A DNA stretch of 64,000 bases from Octopus vulgaris (lineage: Eukaryota). This document shows, piece by piece, positions 26,367 to 38,149 of the stretch. The translations under genes and the position numbers were made by a program. The stretch spans positions 40,858,001 to 40,922,000 of the forward strand of contig OX597830.1 of the NCBI GenBank assembly GCA_951406725.2, written 5' to 3'. The notes under the pieces were generated by a model that was given only the letters and a program-made list of their open reading frames with translations, did not search any database and was not told where the DNA came from. The stretch's first letter is position 1; each line of letters begins with the position of its first letter.

Positions 26367-26682
26367 ACACTCCGTCAGTTATGACAATGAGGGTTCCAGT
26401 TGATCCAATCAACGGAACAGCCTGCTCATGAAATTAACATGCACGTGGCTGAGCACTCCACAGACACGTGTACCCTTAATGTAGTTCTTGGGGAGTTTCA
26501 GCATGACACAGAATGTGACAAGGCTGGTCCTTTGAAATACGCAACTGGTGCTTAATCTATCAACCCTGAAAGGATGAAAGGCAAAGTCGACCTTGGCGGA
26601 ATTTGAACTCAGAATGTAATGAGAGACAAAACACCTCTAAGCATTTCACCTGTGCTAACGTTTCTGCCAGCTCGCCACCTTG
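26367..26682 (-). mobile_element. Chimeric SINE: family A head + family C tail
   Basis: 26682-26545 matches the A head; 26540-26367 matches the 3' part of 50779-51162. Confidence 0.8.
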
Positions 26683-26703
26683 TGGACATTAAATAATGAC
26701 AGG

Positions 26704-27017
26704 TGAAGGCACATGGCCTAGTGGTTAGAGCAGCGGACTCACGGTCGAGGGATCGTGAGTTCGAATCTTAGACTGGACGATGTGTGTGTTTATATGCTAA
26801 ACACCTAAGCTCCACGTTGCTCCGGGAGAAGGTAGTGGCGAACTTCTGCTGACTATTTCACTACAACTTTCTCTCACTCTTTCCTCCTGCATCTTGCAGC
26901 TCACCTGCGATGGACCGGCGTCCCATCCTGGTGGGGAACCTATACGCCAAGAAACCAGGAAACCGGCCCTTATGAGTCAGGTATGGCTCGAGAAGGAACA
27001 AACAACAACAACAACAA
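26704..27017 (+). mobile_element. tRNA-derived SINE: C head + V-domain-like tail + (AAC)n
   Basis: tggcctagtggttagagcagcggactc..gttcgaatc; cctgcgatggaccggcgtcccatcc; 13-bp TSD aaataatgacagg (26691-26703, 27018-27030). Confidence 0.9.
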
Positions 27018-27059
27018 AAATAATGACAGGATGGGAGTGCTAAGCAGTGATGTGTATAG

Positions 27060-27522
27060 ATGCAATGTCATTAGCAGTTCGGATATACCAATGGCAGGTC
27101 CAAATTCCTAAATAAGCCATTCACTGTGTTTTGTCATAAAGAAAATTTCTCGCTGTAGACAAACAGTGTAAACACACCTAAATCAGCTTGCAGCGCCACC
27201 TATCCAGACTGTGAGATGCAAGCATTTCAGAGCAGTTATCTCCTCTTCAGTCACAGAAACTGGACAGTGGTGTTGTGAACTGATAAGTGAGACAATCTTT
27301 CTTATGTTATGCCAGTCATCATGCATGTTGGGTGGCCATAAATAAATAACAGGGTGGGAGCACTAAACAGTGCATTTCTCAGTCTGGATAGGTGGTGCTG
27401 TGAGCTGATTTAGGTATATTTACACCTGTCTGCAGTGAGAAATTTTCTCCATTACAAAACACAGCAAATGGCTTGAGTTTGAATGTGCCACTGGCATATT
27501 CAAACTGGTAATAACATTGCAT
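27060..27522. repeat. Inverted repeat with ~155-bp arms (27060-27220 / 27371-27522), probable Penelope-like remnant
   Basis: Arms are reverse-complementary (atgcaatgtcattagcagtt / aactggtaataacattgcat; cctaaatcagct..ccacctatccagactg / cagtctggataggtgg..agctgatttagg). Confidence 0.9.
27209..27256 (-). ncRNA. Type I hammerhead ribozyme motif
   Basis: Minus strand reads CTGTGA-CTGAAGA-GGAG-ATAACTG-CTCT-GAAA-TGC-TT-GCA-TC-TCACAG: perfect 6-bp stem I, full core, stem II with a G-U closing pair, near-palindromic stem III, AUC triplet. Confidence 0.8.
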
Positions 27523-28512
27523 TAAATAACGAATAAATGAAAGAATTTACTTCGGAGTGCATTATGTAATGTGTCCCTTCTTAAAATGGACCTTAAAAAG
27601 ATGATAATGATCATCATCATAACCATTATAATCATCATCATGGGGAGGTAGCAAGTTAGCAGAGTTGTTAGAGCTTCAGACAGAATGTGTTTTTGGATAA
27701 CATCAGTGGTATGCAAGGGTGACTGCTCATCTCCTATAAACAACCTTGCCCAGGCTTGTGCCTAGGAGGGAAACTTTCTAGGTGCAATCTCATGGTCATT
27801 CATGACCGAAGGGAGTCCTCTCCTCCTCTGTCTACCCAGTTTTACTCACAAGGTATGAGTAAACTTGAGGCTAAAGGGCTATAGAAAATGATGCTTGCCT
27901 CAGATACCACACAGTGGAATCAAACTGAAGACTTCTCACTTACGAAATGAACTCCTTAACCATGAAGTTATGCATAAAAAAAAAAAAGAGAACAGACTAG
28001 CTGAATACAATTGGAAAATGGATTGATTAAAAGACAGTTCTTAATACAAGAACATGTAAGATGAGGTTAACAGTTCTAAAAACAAATGTAAATTACATAA
28101 ACAAGAACTAATATTCCATAAGTAAAAGCTGCCATTGTTATCATTTGGAAACATGCCAAGCTAAACTGAGTTTTTTTTTTCTGTATTTTTGGCTAAAATA
28201 ATACAAACTAGTTTCCAGAAATTCTTCTCCCAATGTGCCACTGACAAGACATTTTCTTCTAAAGAATTATCAAGAATGTATCAAGAATATACCAAGTACA
28301 ATGTATCTTCAAATATAATGCAAGCTCCTATTTTTTTTAATACTAAAAAAAGGAAAATAGAGAAAAAAAAAATGAAAAGTAAAACAACAGTTATATATTT
28401 CCTCATTCTTTAGATTAAGTATAATGCTACCCTCATCCCAATATTTTGTTCTCTGTTGTTGTGTATTAAATTTCTCATATACAATTAAATATATTACTAT
28501 TATCCAGAGGCT

Positions 28513-28958
28513 AAGGCAACAAGCTGGCAGAATTGCTAACACACCAGGCAAAATGCTTAGCAGCTTTTCATCCATTGTTAAGTTCTGATATTCAAATTCT
28601 GCTGAGGTTGATTTAGCCTTTCACCCTTTCGGGTTCAATAAAATAAATACCAGTCAAACACTGGGGTAAATGTAATCAACTTGCGCCCCGCCTCCCAAGA
28701 AATTGCTGGGCTTGCGCCAAAATTTGAAGCTAATACTATTAGGGCTGTGAGCTGGCAGAATCTTTAGCATACCGAACAAAATACTAAGCAGCATTTCGTG
28801 TCTTTACATTCTGAGTTCAAATTCCACCAAGGTCGATTTTGCCTTTCACCCTTTCGGGGTCAATAAAATAAGAACGAGCTGAGTACTTAGGTCAATATAA
28901 TCAACTGTCCACTCACCCCCAAATTTCAGGTGCCTTGTGCCAACGTTTGAAACCCAGT
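28513..28958 (+). mobile_element. Two tandem family A SINEs
   Basis: A consensus at 28513-28730 and 28742-28958. Confidence 0.85.
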
Positions 28959-29004
28959 GGTATATATATTCACTTTATGCTATTCATAAACTTCCATACA
29001 GATC

Positions 29005-30112
29005 TTTGTCTTTTGCCTTGTTTCAGGCATAGGACTGTGGCCATGCTGGGGCACTGCCTTGACAGGCTCACTCAAACAAATCAACCCCAGTACTTATTTC
29101 CTAAGTATAATACTTATCCTAATGATCTTTTTTTGCTGATCAGATTATTTTTTCATTCTTTTATTTGTTTCAATCATTTGACTGCGGCCATGCTGGAGCA
29201 CTGTCTTTTAGTCGAGCAAATCAACCCCGGGACTTATTCTTTGTAAGCCTAGTACTCATTCTATCAGTCTGTCTTGCCAAACCGCTAAGTGAAGGCGACA
29301 TAAACACACCAGCATCAGTTGTCAAGTGATGTTGGGGGGAACAAACACACACACACACATATACATATATGTATATATATGATGGGCTTCTTTCAGTTTC
29401 TGTCTACCAAATCCACTCACAAGGCTTTGGTCAGCCAGAGGCTATAGTAGTAGACACTTGCCCAAGATGCCACACAGTGGGACTGAACCGGGAACCATGT
29501 GGTTGGTAAGCAAGCTACTTACCGCACAGCCACTCCTGCGCCTAGTTAAAGATTAGTTAAAGGAATGTAAACAAACCAACACCAGTTGTCAAATGGAGGA
29601 GAGGACAAACACAAATACACACACACACACACACACATATATAACAGACTCTCCCATCATTAGATGATGTATGAGGGTTCAACAATTTCTTACCAAACAA
29701 CCATACAGATAATTGTTTATAGTGATCAAACGTTTGTGTAAACATAAGCTCACTTCCTCCAACTGATGGACATTACCTGTATAGGTGCAACAGGTGCCAC
29801 ATGTCAGATGTCAAAATGATCACAGAGCAACGTGAAATGAAGTCCTTTGCTCAAGAACACAACGCAACGCCTGGTCTGGGAATCGAACCCATGATCTTGC
29901 AATTGTGAGTGCAACACCTTAGCCATGGAGCCATGTGTCTTCACTATATATGACAGGCTTCCACACAGTTTCTGTCTACTAAATTCATTCACAAGACATT
30001 GGTCAGCCTGGGATTATAAAAGAAAGCGCTTGCTCAAGGTGCCGCACAGTGAGACTGAACCTGAAACCATGTGGTTGAAAAGCAAGCTTCATAACCACAC
30101 AGCCATGCCTGC
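29005..30112 (-). mobile_element. Nested B and C-type SINE cluster
   Basis: Young B copy (about 29155-29543) and a C-type head (29745-29935) inside an older fragmented B copy. Confidence 0.8.
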
Positions 30113-30919
30113 TGCTCCCAAATAAAATTATTTGATTGGCACGGTTGAAACACCTTTGATCATAGGTCTGCTCAATCACAGCTGACAACAACAACAACAA
30201 CAACAACAGCAGCAGCAGCAAAAACAGTTTTGACTAAAAAAAAAAATAAGCACGCATTCCCACCACCACCACCACCACTCCGGCAGCTGGGGGTGGGGGG
30301 AGAGTTGGGTTTGTCTTTCTGTTTTTTTTTTTCCTGCTGACAGACTATGAAAAAATATTACAAGTGACAGATATTACCAACATACCCACATTCATATTGT
30401 TACGTGTGACTTGACAACCAACATCTTTCATTTGCAATATTTTCCTATTCTAAAAGAACAGTCTGTTTCATTATCTTACCCATTTGAAAAACAAAAAGAA
30501 AACAAAATAATTTACTCCTGGTTCTTATATCTGGTATCGAATCTGTGTTATGACTTCTCTCACCACCACCACCACCACCACCGCTGCCACCACCACCACC
30601 ACCACCATGCCACTGCTACTACCACACCTACTACCACCACCACTGTTGCCACCATCACTGTCATCATCATAATGAACCCATCCCTCATAAATCAAAGCGA
30701 CTCTGGTATCTCATAACCTGTCCAGCACAGCTTTATATATCGGAGAGCAATCCTTGGAGACACCTTTTTTTCTTCTGTAATGCATCTTCCCACAACATTT
30801 CCTGTTCGATTGATCAGTTCATAAGTCAGCAGATTCAAGAAAAACAGTGAAAAACAGGCCCCACTTGTGAAGATCCATAACGTAGAATCTGAGTGTTAGT
30901 GATGCTAGATGCCACTTTC

Positions 30920-31245
30920 ACTATCATCATAGTTATTTAACGTCCGTTTTCCTATGCCGGCATGAGTTGGACAGTTTGACAGGAACTGGCAAGACTGGAG
31001 GTCACACCAGGCTCCAATGCCTCCTCTGGCATGGTTTCAACAACTGGATGCTCTTCCTAATACCAACCACTTTACAGAGTGTATTGAGTACTTTTTATGT
31101 GACACCACCACCAGTGCTTTTTACATGGCACCATCACCAGTGTTTTTTATGTGGCACCGTCACCAGTACTTTTTATGTGGCACCACCACCAGTGCTTTTT
31201 ACAAGGCACCATCATCAGTGCTTTTTATGTGACACCAGCACCACC
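30920..31245 (-). mobile_element. Family D SINE tail with ~26-bp internal tandem repeat (about 6 copies)
   Basis: gtgctttttatgtggcaccaccacca repeated at 31088-31243. Confidence 0.8.
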
Positions 31246-31644
31246 CTTCTGATAATCAATCAACACCTAATCATGATACGTATCTAACTCAACATGGCAA
31301 ATACTCAAGATTGTCCATGTCCACCTTGTCATTATCAGAACTTAAGCATTAAAGAAGTTGGCCCTTCAGGGGAGACTCAAAAGGAACTGTAGCAAAATAA
31401 AAAAAATAAAAAGTTGCTGAGCTCTCTCCTATGTATTGCTGCCTATTGTTGGTGTTGTTACTGTAGGTCTTGCTGGTGTTCAGCCCTGGGTTACCTGTGA
31501 GACAGCAGACCTATGATCAAAGATGTTTTTGTCACGAAATCCCATACTTGCCTTAAGTATAATGTATCTACAGCTAGATTACCTGATGTTTCCAAGATAG
31601 AAAATATGATTTGAGGGAGATTTGGCTGCTATGTATATCCATTG

Positions 31645-31940
31645 GTTATGATGACGAGTGTTTCAGTTGATCTGATTGACAGAACAACCTGCTCATGACA
31701 TGCATACACTTACATAGTTCCCAGGGAGATTCAGACATGTGTACCCTTACGTAGTTCTCAGGGAGATTCAGCATGACACAGAATGAGACAAGACTGGCCC
31801 TTTGATTTACAACTGCAATTTATTTTCACCAGCTGAATTGACTGGAGCAATGTGAAATAAAGTGACTTGCTCAAGGACACAATGCACCACCTAAGATTGA
31901 ACTCATGACTGCATGATTGTGAGCCAAATACCCTCACCAT
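31645..31940 (-). mobile_element. Family C-related SINE
   Basis: Matches the C tail (gtacccttacgtagttctcagggagattcagcatgacac) with a head like 3615-3740. Confidence 0.75.
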
Positions 31941-32764
31941 GCATATCTAGTAGATGGAGCAGAGACATTTTCATTGGCTCACACTCAATATTATACCATA
32001 CATTTACTATACAGGTTAATACTTAAGATGTAAGCTACAAACACTTTGTATTTCTTCTGATCAAATATGTCTTGATCACATAAGTTTAAGACAATCATTT
32101 GAGTCTGACTTCTTTCCCCATAGCTCTTCTTAGTTTTTTTATACATGTATAAAGCTTTAAGCCAACTGAGTCACACCCACCAGCTTTCATTTGCAACACT
32201 TTCATATTCTAAAAATTGAAATAGTCTGCTTCGTCATGTTTCCCACTTTTGAAGGCCTAATTACGAATTTACTCTGACCATATTTGGCCCAAATATTCTA
32301 CCTGTTTTAAGTGAAAACTATCCATGTTTGATTTCTAATGGCCACATCCTTGAAATCTCAAAGTTACAAGATAAGGAACAATTAATTCAAAACAAAATGA
32401 ATAAATAAGCATTATGTTTAGCAGAGTAAACATATGAATGCTGCAAGGTGAAAAGGAGTAAAAAGAAAATAACTATCCAAGCAAACAGAAGTCTTAGTGA
32501 GTAATAAACAAGTATTAAGCTTTGATTATGTTGCTAATCATCAACAATAGTAATAATACATTTTCATATAAACACAAAAGTACAGTCAAATAAAGTGACA
32601 CCAGAATCATTGGCTAGTTCAGAGTGAAAGCAGCAGAAATCAATCTTGGTAGGTTTTAAATCCAGAATATAAAGAATGGGGCAAAAAACTTAAGGTGCTC
32701 ATGTAATTAGTCTAATACTGTGCAATTTCTATTCAACCATTAATTTGCATCTTTGATGATAATA

Positions 32765-33600
32765 ATAATTCTTTCTACTATAGATACAAACCCTGAAATT
32801 GTGGAGAAGAGGTCTAGTCAGTTAGTGTTCAACTGGTACTTATTTTATCAATACCAAAAGAGTGAAAGGCAAAGGTGACCTCAGTGGAATTTGAACTCAG
32901 AAAGTAAAAACAGATGGAATGCTACTTGGCGTTTTGTCCGTTGTGCAAACAATTCTGTCAGCTTACCACCATAATAATAATAATAATCTTTTATTTTACT
33001 AAAGGCACAAGGCCTTCAATTCTAGGTGGGGGATGGAGTAAGTCAATTACATCGACTCGGTGCTCAACTAGGACTTATTTTATCGACCCCGAAAGGATTA
33101 AATGCAAAGTCAACCTTGATGGAAATTTAAACTCAACATAAGACACCAGAAGAAATGCCATTAAGCATTTCATTGAATGTACAAATGGACTTGCCAGCTC
33201 AATGTCAGGCCAGTAAGCTTAGCAAGGGAAGTTAATTATATTGACTAGGACTTCATTTTATTGCACCCCCCAAAAAAAAAATGTAAAGCAAAGGCATGAT
33301 TTGAACTAAGAATGCAAAGGGTTGTAACTAAATACATCAATGCCTTTTCACTGATGTTATATCATTTCTATCAATCCACTGAACCTGTAACAATTTCTTA
33401 TTTTTGCACAAGGCCAGAAATGTTGGCAGAGGGAACAGTTATTTATATCAACCCCAGCGCATGACTTGTACTGTATTCTATCAACCCTGGAAATATGAAA
33501 GCAAAGCTAACTTCAGCAAGATTCAATCTGAGAACATAGTGAACTAAAACAAACACAACAAAACATTTCTTCCAATACTTGAACAATTTTGTCAATCCAC
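32765..33600 (-). mobile_element. Tandem cluster of about 4 family A SINEs
   Basis: Repeated gaaaggcaaag..gaatttgaactcagaa motifs at about 32860, 33090, 33280 and 33495. Confidence 0.8.
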
Positions 33601-33678
33601 TAAAGACAGGCATAGAATGGTGTGGTTGAGAAATTCAGTTTTGGGTGTGGTCTCATTGTGTGATACTCTGGTCATGTG

Positions 33679-34837
33679 GGATCTGTTGACAGATTTTTTA
33701 ATTACATTTTTTTTAACTAAACAGTTTAAAACTTTGTAAACTGGTGTAATTTCTCATGCTGAACATGGTTCACTTTCAACATTTTTTAAAAAATTTCGCA
33801 TTTTAGAAGTTGTTTCATGTTAAAGTCGTCGTATTTGGGTAATTTTAACCAATTAATGATGTGTATTCAGTTGAAGAAAGCTACTGCTGTTTGCAATATT
33901 AATAAAAAAAGAACAACTTCCGGATCATCTCTACTAAATATCACCACTCTGTTCTATTTGTATATCAATCAAAGGGTGAAGGGAAAGTGTTGCTCCTTAG
34001 TTGTAGCTAACACAAAAGAGAAGCTTTCAGCCACAAGAAAGATGATGCCACCTTTATCCTTTCTTCAATGCGAGAACTATAAAAAAAAGCATGTAATATG
34101 CAACACAGGCAGTAAACAATAAATAAAATAGAACAGAGTGTTGACATTTAGTAGAGATGACCAGGAAGTTGTTCCTCTTCAAGTACTATTGAAAACAGCA
34201 GTAACCTTCTTTAGCTGAATACACATCACTGATTGGTTAAAATTACCCAAGTACAACAACTTTAACATGAAATAACTTCTAAAATATGAAATTTTGTCCA
34301 AAATATTGAAAGTAAATTGTGTTCAGTGTAAGAAATTGCACCAGTATATGAAGTTTCAAACTGTTTACTCTTTTACTTGTTTCAGTCATTTGACTGTGGC
34401 CATGCTGGGGCACTGCCTTTTAGTCGAGCAAATCGACCCCAGGACTTATTCTTTGTAAGCCTAGTACTTATTCTATTGGTCTCATTTGCCACACTGCTAA
34501 GTTACGGGGACGTAAACACACCAGCATCGGATGTCAAGTGATGTTGGGAGGACAAACACAGACACACAAACATATACACACACACACACACACATATATA
34601 TATATGTATAAATATATATATGACAGGCTTCTTTCAGTTTCTGTCTACCAAATCCGCTCGCAAGGGTTTGGTCTGCCTGAGGCTATAGTAGAAGACACTT
34701 GCCCAAGGTGCCACGCCGTGGGACTGAACTGGGAACCATGCGGTTGGTAAGCAAGCTACTTACCACACATCCACTCCTGCGCCTATTTTAGTTAAAAAAA
34801 ATAATTAAGAAATCTGCGATTGAAATTGAACAGATCT
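33679..34837. mobile_element. Long-TIR palindromic MITE (8-bp TSD, GG terminus; Merlin-like)
   Basis: About 280-bp inverted arms; termini GGATCTGTT / AACAGATCT; TSD gtcatgtg (33671-33678) / gtcaagtg (34838-34845). Superfamily assignment is tentative. Confidence 0.8.
34368..34785 (-). mobile_element. Full-length family B SINE inserted in the MITE right arm
   Basis: Reverse complement of the B consensus; flanked by ctgttta/ctattta. Confidence 0.9.
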
Positions 34838-37626
34838 GTCAAGTGTCTTTGTCTATAACCCCCGGCCTGACCAAAGTCTTGTGAATGGATTTGTCAGATG
34901 CGTGTATGTGTGTGTTTGCGTGTGCATATGTGCATGTGTGTGTGTATATGCATGTATGTGTGTCTCATTTTCTTAACATGTTATGATTGTTGTACATGAA
35001 AATCATTTCTTTCTCATATTCCGCAGGAACATATCTGGCCACAGATTGGTTCCAGACTTTGGCACAAGACCAGCAATTTCAGTAGGGAGGAGTTAAGTCG
35101 ATTATTTGGACCCAAGTGCACAACTGGTACTTACTGTATCGATCCCAAAGAAACGAAAGGCAAAGTCAACCTTGATAGAATATGAACTTTTCTCGAACGG
35201 CTAAGTTACGGGGACGTGGGGGCGGGGGAAATACAAACACAATGACATACACACGCGCGCACGCACACACATACACACACAGGCATACATGCACGCATAC
35301 AACGGGCTTCCATACAGTTTCCGTCTACCAAATTTACTCACAAAGGCATTAGTCGGCCCGGGGCTATAGTTGAAGACAGTGTTGCCCAAACGTGTGTGGC
35401 GATGGAACGGAACCCGAAAACACGTGGTTTTAAAGTGAGCTTCTTAACCCCCTACCCCCACCCACCCGAATCCTTCCGATCGACCACAGTATTTGGCAAC
35501 CACCTATCCTATGGACTCCAGGAGGATGAATGATACAAGGAAAGATACCAGCACGGTTTGAACTCAGAATTTAAAGGGACGTAACTAAACATTGCCAGTC
35601 GTTGTTCAACGTTCCTGACATTCAAATTATATAACAATTTTATTATTCGCTACATGAATAACACAAACGCAAGGTGCATTAGAATAAAAGCCAAAACAAC
35701 AGATATTAGATATATATTCGAACATATAGATATATAAAATTGTAAAGGGGGGATATTGCAAAAAAAAATATTATATAGAAAATATAGAAAAATCATTTTT
35801 ATCATTAAATTTAAAATAAATATATTTCGTTTGTTCATATATTTTTTAAAATATATGTACATAAACGTTATTATATAAAAATTTAGTTTTCAAGTAGGTG
35901 AATTTAGTGAAGTTCATAAGTTTAATTGTCGAGTTCTGTGAATTATGATAATAAAAATTCTATTAAGTGATAATAAAACTGTATATATAAATAATATATA
36001 CAAAATAAACAATAAGTGGATAAAATTGATAAATATATAAATAAATACAATTGCACTTCGTTTAGTTTATTACTTCAGAAAAAGCCATCAAAATCAATGA
36101 CAATTTATTGAGAAGGGAGATAACTCTAACAGAATTGATATTTTGATATTTATCTTTCCAAATGTTTTGATAAAACATTCAGCTCTGAGTGTTCGAGCAG
36201 GTGCTTGTGCGTGTGTGGATGCATGGGACAGTGCCATCTTAAAGCATGAGCACACTGAGTTGTTGCTCGGGGGGGCTCACTGATCTAAGGGTCTAATTAT
36301 AATCTAAGTCTGCTGTGGCTTGTTATCAAGATCTAACACAAAAGAACCCAGTACATTAATTTACCCGGGGGCTTTTATTATTACTGCTAAGACGGCTCTG
36401 TAGTGTGTGTGTGTGTGGAGGGGAGAATATTTTGAAATGCTAATCATTTCATACTTGGGTCTAGCAGTGTTTAATCCAGCGAGAGAGAGAGAGAAGTAGA
36501 GAGACAGAGACTCGAAACTGGGATCTTAACCATTACAACAATGACCAACAAATGGAACCATCCACCTCAACCTACCCAAAACTATTTCGAAAACACATAA
36601 CTTCAATGAAAATTCTACGATGATAGCTTTATCGCAAATATTGGCTGCGAGTGGGGTAGGGTGGAATATCTACTAAAACAATAGCTGAAATATGAGAGAC
36701 TTCGAAATATAATTTTCATTATTATTATTATCGTCATCATCATTATTTTATTCTATTTTATTTTAGACAATTTATCGAGATAGATCAATAGTTTTGTTAG
36801 CCGCTGTTATCCTAATCTTTGCGGTTGATCTATTTCATGTCTTTTTTTGTTGCTACTGTCTTTTTGTTTGTTGTTTTTTATCGGAATATCCACCGACAGA
36901 CTTTCAAGTGATATATCATTTCTGCTTTTATGATAGTACGCTGTTTATATACAATATAATTTCCCCTGATACCATATTTAAGAACTATATAACTATATCT
37001 ATAAATGACCGCAAAATAATGAAACAATTTTTTTTTTTCGAAGAACAAACGTAAATGAACATACACGCATACATCTGTATATTACATAATACACACACAC
37101 CTCTCTCTCTCTCTCTTTCAATGCACAATGAAAAACACTATAATTAATCTTTAATGATAATTCTTAAGATACATAATGATACCGTCTCGGAACTATTCTG
37201 TAATGTATATGTCTGTGGGCGTTTTTGGTTCTTTCTTTGTTGCAAGCAAGGGTGTGGGGGAAGGGGTGGTGACGCTATAACTTCACTGAACACAGATGTA
37301 CGTACATACGTATGTATGTTTACTCGTGCTGGTATGCTTCTTACATAACATTATACGGCATTAAATGCTTACATAAAATAATCTCTCGTCATATCTATAT
37401 ATGTGTGTGCCTGGCAATGAACCGAGGAAGGGGAATTAAAGAAAACATAACTCATGTTAGAATAGTAGTCAAAATTTTAAGAGTAAAAAAAATAACATTT
37501 TGTTGTGGTTGAGCTCCACGTCGGCTTCGACATTCTAACTGTGACCATCCCATCTTGTTCCAGATATATTAAACCTAGAACAGCCGATGCGTGCGTCATC
37601 TTTTTTTTTTTTGTTGTTGTTTCCAT

Positions 37627-37966
37627 TCATTAATGGAAGAGTGATCATTTGGCTGCTATTTCGACCCTGTGGACAAATTTATTTTTCTAGCACATATTAA
37701 GCTTTTAAAGTAACCACGTTTTAAATTTTTCTTTTTCACTTTTGTATCTCCCCCCCCCCCCCCGCACGCACACACCATTTTTTTTTTCAATATAAACATT
37801 AATGGAAGAGTGATCATTTGGCTGCTATTTCGGCCCCGTGGACACCCCATCGCTGACTTGTGGACAATTTTATTTTTCTAGCACCACGTTTTAAATTTTT
37901 CTTTTTCGCTTTTGTATCTCCCCCCACACACACACGCACCTTTTTTTCATTTTTTCAATATAAACA
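37627..37966. repeat. Local tandem duplication, 2 x ~170 bp
   Basis: cattaatggaagagtgatcatttggctgctatttcg..ttttcaatataaaca occurs twice. Confidence 0.9.
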
Positions 37967-38149
37967 GTATTCCTTTCGGTTTAGCCTTTATTACTTTTAT
38001 ACATCATTATTATTTCGAAATAATATTAGCTTTCTCTTTAAATGAAATAAATACTAATATCTTAAGCAATACTGATTATACGCTAACCTAAATTAACACA
38101 GTTCGAACTTATAATGGTAAAGTGTCTAAAGCAAAAAGAGGGAACTCGA

